Below are positions 53,766 through 61,260 of a stretch of DNA of 64,000 bases, piece after piece. The position numbers were made by a program, and so were the translations under genes. A model generated the notes under the pieces. It saw only the letters and a list, made by a program, of their open reading frames with translations. It made no database searches and was not told the origin of the DNA. The stretch's first letter is position 1; each line of letters begins with the position of its first letter. The DNA is taken from NCBI GenBank assembly GCA_035995165.1, contig DASYKU010000112.1, forward strand, positions 2,377 through 66,376, in the 5' to 3' direction. Source of the DNA: Mycobacteriales bacterium. GTDB taxonomy: Bacteria; Actinomycetota; Actinomycetes; Mycobacteriales; CADCTP01.

Positions 53766-54622
53766 CCTGGCGGGCCGAGCCTGGCGATCCCTCGGACTCG
53801 ACCGATCCGGCCGGCGGGGCGGGCGGGTCGGCGGAGGAGTTCGCGGCCGCGGCGGCGTACCGGTGGGAGCGCGGGTCAGGAGGGCGGTCGCCGGTCCTGA
53901 TGTTGCACGGGCTCGGCGGCGACGCCGGCCAGCTGTGGCCGGTGGCCGGGACAGACGGCCGGGCCGACCGGTTGGCGCCGGACCTGCGCGGGCACGGCTG
54001 CACCGGCCTGGTCGGCGACCCGGCCGACCTCACCTTCCCCGGCATGGCCGCGGACGTGGCCGCGCTGCTGCGCCGGCTGCATTTCGGGCCGGCCGCGGTT
54101 GTCGGGGTGTCCATGGGCGCCGGTGTCGCGGCGGCGCTCGCGTTGCGGGAGCCGGCCGTGGTCCGGTCGTTGCTGCTGATCCGGCCGGCCTGGGGCGAGA
54201 CCGTGCCGCCCCCGAATCTGCGGCCGCTGCTCGCGGTCGCCGACTGCCTGCGCCGGTACGGCGCCGCCGGCCGGGGCCGGTTCGCCCGGACCGGCACGTA
54301 CACGGAGGTGGCGGCCCGCTCGCCGACCGCGGCGGCCAGCCTGCTGGCCCAGTTCGACGCTGCCGACGCGGCCCGGCGCAGCGTCCGGCTGGCCCGGATG
54401 CCGTGGTCGGCGCCGTTCCGGTCATACCGGGAGCTGGCCGGTGTCACGGTGCCCACCCTGGTCGTCGGGGCGCCCCGGGACCCCCTGCACCCGCTCGCGC
54501 TGGCCGAGCAATGGGCGGCAGCAGTCCCCGGCGCGGTGCTGCGCACCGTGCCGGCAAGGGACGACGATCCGATCGGCCATCGGGCCAGGCTGGCCGAGCT
54601 GGCGGCCGACTTCGGGTCCTGA
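53762..54622 (+). CDS. alpha/beta hydrolase
   Basis: C-terminal 286 aa of ORF 53114..54622. GTG at 53762 (GTGA overlap). HGLGGD and the nucleophile elbow GVSMGA. Confidence 0.8.
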   Translation: MTWRAEPGDPSDSTDPAGGAGGSAEEFAAAAAYRWERGSGGRSPVLMLHGLGGDAGQLWPVAGTDGRADRLAPDLRGHGCTGLVGDPADLTFPGMAADVAALLRRLHFGPAAVVGVSMGAGVAAALALREPAVVRSLLLIRPAWGETVPPPNLRPLLAVADCLRRYGAAGRGRFARTGTYTEVAARSPTAAASLLAQFDAADAARRSVRLARMPWSAPFRSYRELAGVTVPTLVVGAPRDPLHPLALAEQWAAAVPGAVLRTVPARDDDPIGHRARLAELAADFGS

Positions 54623-54663
54623 CGCCAGCCAGCCGCAGTGGATTTGCCCGCCCTCGCCCCACC

Positions 54664-55295
54664 GTCCTTGTCCCGGACCCCGGCGCGCCCGAAGCGAACC
54701 TGGTTCGCCTGGCGCAGGACGTACCGGTCCTCGACGATCATGACAACGAGGATTACCTCGCCTCCGTCTCCATGGCGCAGTACTGCAAGAACATCGGGAT
54801 CGCGAATCTGCTCTCCCAGATCGACTTCCGGCCCGGACCAGTGGGATCGGGGCCATTGGCGGCGCCGGCCAAGTTGCGCTGGGCGCCCGGCGCTACGGCC
54901 TGTACAGCTCTCCGGTGTCGATCCGCACGGCAAGCCACGACCTCCGGCACGTTGCTCGGGCGCAGGGGAGCCAACATCCGGCCGTGCCGCTCGACGTCGC
55001 GGACCGCGGCCAGATCGCTGCCTGTCCACCTGAGAATTCGCCCGCTTCGCCGAGGATCGTCAGGGTGTCTTCTCAGCGCGCTGGTCCCTCTCGGCCGCGG
55101 CATGTCCATCGTCGAGAACGAGTCGCACACCGAGACGCAGCGCCGCGCGGGCGTCGCACACGAGATTGCCCAACTCCTGTGGGAGCACGAGTTCACCGAG
55201 GTCCTGGTGAACCTTGACGGCTGCCGCGCTGCCGGGCCGGAGGTCGAGGCAGAGGCCGATCGGCTGGCTGGCGAGCTCCTTATCCGTTCGCCGCA
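54664..55295 (+). pseudogene. degenerate ImmA/IrrE-like (COG2856) metallopeptidase remnant
   Basis: Plus-strand fragments ...NEDYLASVSMAQYCKNIGIANLLSQIDF... and MSIVENESHTETQRRAGVAHEIAQLLWEH...EVEAEADRLAGELLIRSP. The HExxH motif has decayed to HEIAQ, the frames are broken between fragments, and there is no clean ORF. Confidence 0.35.
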
Positions 55296-55336
55296 CCGTC
55301 GTGGCCGGGCGCGCCGATTCGTGGAAGCTGTCCAGC

Positions 55337-56030
55337 TTAGGTCAGGTCCGACCCACAATGTGACGCGTGGTTGTCCGCAGCGGCGTACCGCTCGACGAGT
55401 GCACGGTCGGCGTCGTCGAGGTCGTGCAGGCGCAGGGCGGGGTGCCCGGCGTCGATGTCGAATATGGCCTGAACCTGCGGGTCGTCCCAGATGGTGGCCA
55501 TGGCTGTCTCCAGCGCATGATCTCGTCGAAGTCGAGCAGGGGTTCGGTGCGGTCATCGATGGTGTCGAGGAGGTCGGCGAGATCAGTCTCGGTGTTCAAG
55601 CGGAATGGGTCGCCGGTTACGCCGTGGTCGGACAGGAACTTGCGGGCGATCGACGCCTCGCCGGTGAACTCGGTCAGCAGACCCCGGGCGAACGGGGGCA
55701 CGTTGGTCAGAACCGCTGGACCCATCGTCAGATGCAGGGTGATGGTCAGGCCGCGGCCAGGGCTTTCCGTAACCGCCATTCGGCTTTGAGCTCGGGTGCG
55801 GTCGAAGGCGTTGGCAGCGGACAGCGCATCCCAGGCTCGGGTCGGGTCTACGCCGCGCAGGGCACCGGTCGAGATGATCAGCCGGGTGGGTCCTGACGTG
55901 TGGGCCGCAAGGATGGTGACGAAGAAGGGGTCGTCGCGGTAGAGCAGGCCGGCACCGCGGTCGCTGACCTCCCGCCGGACCGGGCTGTTGACTCGGCGTT
56001 GACTGACGAGGACGAGCGATGGTCGCCAGA
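55337..56030 (-). pseudogene. hypothetical gene, apparently disrupted (no upstream start codon; frame break near 55500)
   Basis: The minus-strand reading ...GAGLLYRDDPFFVTILAAHTSGPTRLIISTGALRGVDPTRAWDALSAANAFDR...MAVTESPGRGLTITLHL...LLDFDEIM continues in another frame as MATIWDDPQVQAIFDIDAGHPALRLHDLDDADRALVERY...* (stop at 55337). Confidence 0.3.
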
Positions 56031-56038
56031 AATGAGAA

Positions 56039-56058
56039 GAGCCCCGCGATGGGGGCTC
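56039..56058 (-). terminator. hairpin gagcccc/ggggctc followed on the minus strand by TTCTCATTTCT
   Basis: Lies 19 bp downstream, in the tRNA direction, of the tRNA-Pro fragment. Looks like the native tRNA terminator. Confidence 0.55.
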
Positions 56059-56076
56059 TGACCTGCTGGGTCTTGC

Positions 56077-56121
56077 TGGTCGGGGTGACAGGATTTGAAC
56101 CTGCGGCCTCTTCGTCCCGAA
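56077..56121 (-). tRNA. tRNA-Pro(CGG), 3' half only (anticodon loop to CCA); not a functional tRNA
   Basis: The reverse complement is TTCGGGA-CGAAG-AGGCC-GCAGG-TTCAAAT-CCTGT-CACCCCG-A-CCA. The anticodon loop reads CGG and the T-arm and 3' acceptor strand are intact. No matching 5' acceptor (CGGGGTG) or D-arm exists upstream. Confidence 0.75.
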
Positions 56122-56144
56122 TTATGGCGCGAAGTTCGGGGCCG

Positions 56145-56462
56145 CTAGCCGCCGGCCATGGCTCCGACGATCAGCAAGGGCTCGGCTCCGGTGCTGACCG
56201 CGTCCGGCAGCGGGGTGTCGGGAGACTCGTGGGACAGGTCTTCCTCGCAGGCGAAGACCCGGATGAAGGGCCGACGCTTCTTGGTGACGGAGTCCCGGAT
56301 CGTGCCGCGCAGCTTCGGGTACCGGGCCTCCAGCTCGTCCAAGACGGTCCGCTGGGTCGGCCGGCCTTGGACCCGGATCTCCAGCTCGCCGTCGATGCGG
56401 GCCACGGTCCGCAGGTGGGCCGGCAGGCGAACCCGGACGGCCGTCGTGTCCGGTGCGGTCAT
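56145..56462 (-). CDS. MoaD/ThiS-family ubiquitin-like (beta-grasp) protein ending in Gly-Gly
   Basis: C-terminal 105 aa of ORF 56145..57167 starting [17 protein letters not shown] and ending ...[16 protein letters not shown] overlap with the upstream BNR gene. Confidence 0.8.
   Translation of the reverse strand: MTAPDTTAVRVRLPAHLRTVARIDGELEIRVQGRPTQRTVLDELEARYPKLRGTIRDSVTKKRRPFIRVFACEEDLSHESPDTPLPDAVSTGAEPLLIVGAMAGG
56153..56192. repeat. 40-bp direct repeat, copy B (inside the 3' end of the moaD/thiS-like gene)
   Basis: 39/40 identical to 32773-32812, in the same orientation, 23,380 bp apart. Confidence 0.9.
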
Positions 56463-57574
56463 GGCAGGGTCTGGACTTCGACCGACAGCACGGCCGGGAG
56501 GTCCCGCACGATCGGTGCCCAGCTGTCCCCATCGTCGGCCGACGCGTAGACCTGGCCGCCGGTCGTGCCGAAATACACCCCGCACCGGTCCAGCGAGTCG
56601 ACGGCCATCGCGTCGCGCAGCACGTTCACGTAGCAGTTGCTCTGCGGCAGGCCCTGGGTGAGCGGCTCCCACTCGTTGCCGCCCGTGCGGCTGCGGTAGA
56701 CCCGGAGCCTGCCATCCGGCGGGAAGTGCTGCGAGTCGCTCTTGATGGGGACGACGTATACCGTGTCGGGCTCGTGCGGATGGACCGCGATCGGAAACCC
56801 GAAGTCGCTGGGCAGGTCGCCGCTGATCTCGTGCCATGACTCGCCGGCGTCGTCGCTGCGCATGACGTCCCAGTGCTTCTGCATGAACAGGACCTCCGGA
56901 CGGGACGGGTGTATCGCGATCCGGTGCACGCAGTGGCCGACCTCCGCGTCGGGGTCCGGGATGCCGTCGGAACGCAGGCCGCGGTTGATCGGCCGCCAGG
57001 TCACGCCGCCGTCGTCGGTTCGGAACGCGCCGGCCGCGGAGATCGCGACAAAGATCCGCTGCGGGTCGACTGGGTCCAGCACGATCGTGTGCAGGCACAT
57101 CCCGCCGGCGCCGGGCTGCCACGCCGGTCCCGAGCCGTGGCCGCGCAGCCCGGGCAGTTCCTGCCACTCGTGCCCGCCGTCCACCGAGCGGAACAAGGCC
57201 GCGTCCTCGACGCCGGCGTAGACCGTATCCGGATCGGTCCGCGACGGTTCAAGATGCCAGACGCGCGCGAATTCCCACGGATGTGGCGTCCCGTCGTACC
57301 ACTGGTGCGTGCCGGGGACGCCGTCGTACTCGAACCGGCTACCCACCTGCTCCCACGTCGTGCCGCCGTCGTCCGAGCGCTGGATGAGCTGGCCGAACCA
57401 GCCCGACGACTGCGATGCGTAGAGCCGGCCCGGGTCGGCCGGGGAGCCGGCGACGTGGTAGATCTCCCAGCCCGGGAAGAGAGGCCCGCTGACGTCCCAA
57501 CGCTCCCGTTCGGCGTCCGCCGTTAATACGAACGCGCCCTTGCGTGTGCCCACCAGCACCCGTACGCCGCTCAT
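56459..57574 (-). CDS. BNR/Asp-box repeat protein (sialidase-superfamily beta-propeller; no signal peptide seen)
   Basis: ORF 56459..57691. ATG at 57574 follows AAGGGAG. Six Asp-box-like motifs: [46 protein letters not shown]. Confidence 0.88.
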   Translation of the reverse strand: MSGVRVLVGTRKGAFVLTADAERERWDVSGPLFPGWEIYHVAGSPADPGRLYASQSSGWFGQLIQRSDDGGTTWEQVGSRFEYDGVPGTHQWYDGTPHPWEFARVWHLEPSRTDPDTVYAGVEDAALFRSVDGGHEWQELPGLRGHGSGPAWQPGAGGMCLHTIVLDPVDPQRIFVAISAAGAFRTDDGGVTWRPINRGLRSDGIPDPDAEVGHCVHRIAIHPSRPEVLFMQKHWDVMRSDDAGESWHEISGDLPSDFGFPIAVHPHEPDTVYVVPIKSDSQHFPPDGRLRVYRSRTGGNEWEPLTQGLPQSNCYVNVLRDAMAVDSLDRCGVYFGTTGGQVYASADDGDSWAPIVRDLPAVLSVEVQTLP

Positions 57575-57933
57575 CTCGACTCCCTTCGCAGGTTCGGGAC
57601 CATAGCGCTGGCGACCGACATCGCGCCCATCCCGCCCGGTCGGGCTGACCGGCCCCGCCGCCGGCGCGGCCGCGTCCCGACGGCCGTCCAAATCGGCTGG
57701 GTCCGGCCGTCGAGGCGCAGGGTGACGCGGCGGCCGGCGTGTTGAATCCGGTGGGGTGGGTCGTCCGGCAGCACTCGGCGCCCGGTGGTGGGCCGACCGG
57801 GCGAGAGCCGGTTTGGGCGCGGAGCCGGGCGAGGTCGGCGGTGTTCACCGCGACGGCACCGACTTCGTCCAGCCACCATCACCGTGCCCGTTGCCGAGGG
57901 TGGATTCCTTCCCGGCCGCAGGACCTAACACGT

Positions 57934-57950
57934 TTGCGAAGCGTTCGCAA
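57934..57950. promoter_or_regulatory. perfect inverted repeat TTGCGAA-gcg-TTCGCAA
   Basis: Read directly in the 456-bp gap upstream of the BNR-MoaD operon. Confidence 0.3.
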
Positions 57951-58030
57951 CGGCCGCCGTCCATGCACGCTTATGGCCGATATGAGGGCCTACCCGCGAC
58001 CGGCTCTGGGGCAGGTGGAGCGTCCAGCGG

Positions 58031-58413
58031 TCACGACTCAATCCAGACGGTCTTGCCGCGGGCGTGGCGTTCCACACCCCACTGCAGGCCGCTGCCGTCC
58101 ACAATCGCCAGGCCGCGGCCGGACGTCGCGTCGGCGGGAGCCAGGCAGGGCTGCGGCATGCGGGTGTTGCCGTCGCTGACCTCGACACGATCCGGTGCGG
58201 GTCAATGAGCACGCGGACAGTGAATTCGGTTCGAGCGTGCAACACCGCGTTGGCCGCCAGCTCGTTCGCGGCCATGATCCGTATGTACACGACGTCGCCG
58301 CCGGCCGGCCCGGCCTCGATTTCCCGGAGCGCTCGCCGTATGAAACGGCGGGTAGCAGAGACCGTTTGCGGATCCGGGCGGAAGCGCTCGGCAACGACGT
58401 CGTCCGTATGCAC
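58031..58413 (-). pseudogene. RsbW/SpoIIAB-like anti-sigma factor / serine kinase (HATPase_c), disrupted by a 1-nt frameshift near 58189
   Basis: Frame 1 reads VHTDDVVAERFRPDPQTVSATRRFIRRAL...ANELAANAVLHARTEFTVRVLIDPHRI. The next frame reads RVEVSDGNTRMPQPCLAPADATSGRGLAIVDGSGLQWGVERHARGKTVWIES*. The N-box and G1-box are both recognisable. Confidence 0.75.
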
Positions 58414-58539
58414 GCAGTGTGGCTACCCATTCCCATTCGTTGCACACGACGGCGCCGTCGTGTGCTCGCGCCGAGCACAGCCGTCCCGGTCGGTCAGGAC
58501 CCGAATGCGTGCACAAGCGCCCCTGCTGCGGCTCGGCAG

Positions 58540-59949
58540 GTGTCGCGGGACCGCCGGGCGGGGCGCCGACGTCGGACACTCCGACTGAGGACCGTCCATG
58601 CCTGTTCCGGCCGAGGCAAGGATCCAGTCACCAAGGTTGTCCCGGCCCGGACTCACCCGCATCAAGAGCGGAGTTTCTCGTACTGTTCCGGGGGGAGCGA
58701 TGCCCGGCAGGGGATCAGTGATGCGGAGCGTGCTGTCGACGCGCTGCTGGCGGACGCGCATCTGGCCGCGCCGTACCAGCTCCCGGGGTTGGTCGCGCGG
58801 CACGCGGCGACGCTGGGCGCGGACGACGCGACGGTGTATCTCGTCGATCTGCAGCAGCGGGTTCTGGTTCCGTTCCTCGATCCGCGCGGCCCCGGTGTCG
58901 GACGGCAGGTGGAGACGCTCAGCGTCGACGCCACACTTCCAGGACGGGCTTTCCAGCACGTCGAGGTGTTGACGCAGGGCGCCCCCGACGGCCGTCTGCG
59001 GGTGTGGCTTCCGCTGCTGGACGGCATCGAGCGGCTCGGCGTGCTCGGCGTGACGGTGAACGCCGCGGTGGAACCGAAGATCGCCACCGGCCTGATCGGC
59101 GTCCGGCTGCGCCGCTTCGCGGCACTGGTCACCGAACTGATCATGACCAAGATGGTGTACGGGGACACCATGGTGCGGCTGCGCCGGCAGTCGGAAATGG
59201 GCCTGGCCGCGGAGATGCAATGGTCACTGCTGCCACCGCTGACCTTCGCCTGCGACGAGGTCACCATCGCCGCCGCTCTGGAGCCGGCCTATCAGGTCGC
59301 GGGGGACACCGTCGACTACGCCGTGGACCCGGGCTGGACGCGGGTCGCCGTCTTCGATGGCATGGGGCATGGCTTGCGCAGCGCCCAGCTCGCGGCGTTG
59401 GCCGTCGCGGCGTACCGCAACGGTCGGCGCGCCGACAGGTCATTGACCGACACCGCCACGCTCATCCACGACGCGCTGATCGAGGCGTTCGGCGGCACCG
59501 CCTTCGCCACCGCCGTGCTGGCGGAACTCGACACCGACACCGGCATGCTGAGCTGGATCAACGCCGGGCATCCCGAACCGCTGCTGCTGCGGAACGGCAG
59601 GCTGGTCAGATCTCTGCACAGCCGCCCCACGCTGCCACTTGGCCTGGCCGTCACGGGGCGACCTGACACCACCATCACCGTTGGCCGGGAGCAGCTCCAA
59701 CCCGATGACCGGGTTCTGTTCTACACCGACGGAGTGACCGAAGCCCGCTCCCCGACCGGTGTCTTCTTCGGCGAGCAGGCATTGGTGGACCTGCTCCGGC
59801 GAAACTTCGCCGCCGGCCTTCCCGCCCCGGAAACCATGCGGCGCGTCGTCCACGCCTTGCTCGACCACCAGGAGGGCCAGCTCACCGACGACGCCACGCT
59901 CCTGCTTCTGGAGTGGAGAAACACCAACACCGACGCGCTCCTGCCGTAG
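58540..59949 (+). CDS. PP2C-family (SpoIIE/RsbU-type) serine phosphatase with N-terminal GAF-like domain
   Basis: ORF 58195..59949. The conserved sequence starts near 58735, and the nearest upstream in-frame start is GTG 58540, so the start is uncertain. Motifs AGDTVDY, VFDGMGHG, NAGHPEP and FYTDGVTEA. Confidence 0.8.
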   Translation: MSRDRRAGRRRRTLRLRTVHACSGRGKDPVTKVVPARTHPHQERSFSYCSGGSDARQGISDAERAVDALLADAHLAAPYQLPGLVARHAATLGADDATVYLVDLQQRVLVPFLDPRGPGVGRQVETLSVDATLPGRAFQHVEVLTQGAPDGRLRVWLPLLDGIERLGVLGVTVNAAVEPKIATGLIGVRLRRFAALVTELIMTKMVYGDTMVRLRRQSEMGLAAEMQWSLLPPLTFACDEVTIAAALEPAYQVAGDTVDYAVDPGWTRVAVFDGMGHGLRSAQLAALAVAAYRNGRRADRSLTDTATLIHDALIEAFGGTAFATAVLAELDTDTGMLSWINAGHPEPLLLRNGRLVRSLHSRPTLPLGLAVTGRPDTTITVGREQLQPDDRVLFYTDGVTEARSPTGVFFGEQALVDLLRRNFAAGLPAPETMRRVVHALLDHQEGQLTDDATLLLLEWRNTNTDALLP

Positions 59950-60249
59950 AGGCGGCATGACGCGCCCGGAAAGGCCGGATCTCGCCGGGCTCATGATGGC
60001 GATGACCTACAAGTGCGGTGGCAGCTGGTATCGGGACGATCCCGAGCGGCCGCGATCGCCCACGGGGTCACCTTCGAATCCCAGGGAAGGCCGTAGCGCA
60101 GCGACCAGCGGACCGCGACCGTGATCACCTCCGGCGAGCTGGCGGGTGCCTCCTGCAACGCGGGCCCCTCGGCGCCAGAAGCGGGCTGGGGCGCTCCTGG
60201 CCGGCGCGCTCGGTTGGCGTCGGCTTCTGAGCCGGCTGGGGCGCTGTGG

Positions 60250-61260
60250 TCACGCGCTTCGCGACTTCTTGCTGATCGCGGTGAACCGTTCCGCGCGCGG
60301 GATGTCGATCAAGGCGGCCTGCAGGAAGTCGAGCAGGGCGCGTGTCGCATCCGGTGATGTACCGCGAGCGTCCAGCATGTCGACCAGCCAGTTGACGTGC
60401 TCCTGGAACAGTCGTGGGTCGTCCACGAAGAGGCTCGCCGCGAGGACGTCCACCAGTTGAGCGCTGACCTGTCGGATCGACGGGCGTGGCCGGGTGGCGG
60501 CCGCGGCCGGTGCCATCGATCCCTCTGACGGAACCGCGAGCCGGTCGACCAGCGAGCTGCGCCGGCTGATGAGATCCAGATAGTCCGCCGGGATGCCCGC
60601 GCGCTGTGCGGGAGAGGGAGCGACGCCCTCGTCGATCCACCTGCAGAGCAACGCATGCGCCGTCGCGGTGTCCCGCGCCCACGCGTTCGCCCCGACGGCG
60701 CGGGCCCGGCGTTCGTCCGTGCCGCATGCGGCCCCTCCGACGAGCGTCGGGACGCCGGCGTCGACGGCCACCTCGAGGGAGCGGGCGAGCTGGGGAAGCG
60801 CGGCCGCCGTCGTGCAGCTGAGCAGCAGAGCCGCCGGCCGTACGCGGTGCAGGAACCGCCCGAGGTGGTCGTCCGGGAGGTCGGTGCCCAGGAAGATGGC
60901 GTCCCAGCCACGGGCCCGCAAGCCCTCGGCGACCATCCGGGCGGCCATGCCATGCCACTCGCCGGACGGAGTGGTCACGCAGATGGGCGCTGGGCGCGGG
61001 ACCGGGGCGGGCTGGCGCAGCGCGAGGACGCTGAGCACGATCTCGGTGATGGCGGTCGCCGCGTGCTCATCGGCGATCGTCCAGTCGGCGCGCTGGGCGC
61101 GGAGGCCGATCTCCACCTGGGCCGGCGCGAGCATCTGCTCGATGACGTCCGCCACCGGGACCGGGGCGTCCGCCGCCCGCGTGGCCACATCGATGGCAGC
61201 ACCGCGATCCTGCCTCGACAAAGCCCGCAGGTAGTCTCCGGTCGCAGCGAGACACTGCAT
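60250..61260 (-). CDS. cobalamin (B12)-binding domain protein without DNA-binding domain
   Basis: ORF 60250..61260. Helical bundle with ...ADEHAAT..., then a Rossmann-like B12-binding fold PSGEWHGMAARMVAEGLRARGWDAIFLGTDLP...LLLSC...VPTLVGGAA, plus about 130 extra C-terminal residues. Confidence 0.75.
   Translation of the reverse strand: MQCLAATGDYLRALSRQDRGAAIDVATRAADAPVPVADVIEQMLAPAQVEIGLRAQRADWTIADEHAATAITEIVLSVLALRQPAPVPRPAPICVTTPSGEWHGMAARMVAEGLRARGWDAIFLGTDLPDDHLGRFLHRVRPAALLLSCTTAAALPQLARSLEVAVDAGVPTLVGGAACGTDERRARAVGANAWARDTATAHALLCRWIDEGVAPSPAQRAGIPADYLDLISRRSSLVDRLAVPSEGSMAPAAAATRPRPSIRQVSAQLVDVLAASLFVDDPRLFQEHVNWLVDMLDARGTSPDATRALLDFLQAALIDIPRAERFTAISKKSRSA

Noticed and set aside
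53863-55896. 677-aa plus-strand ORF spanning the alpha/beta hydrolase 3' region and the debris zone
   Set aside because: Mostly R/G/P/A junk. Only two short internal stretches (NEDYLASVSMAQYCKNIGIANLL..., MSIVENESH...HEIAQ...) look protein-like, and these are treated as pseudogene fragments instead.
56077-56160. A complete tRNA-Pro gene
   Set aside because: I looked for the 5' acceptor strand CGGGGTG and a D-arm within 40 nt upstream of the anticodon loop and found only the moaD-like stop region. Only the 3' 45 nt are tRNA-like.
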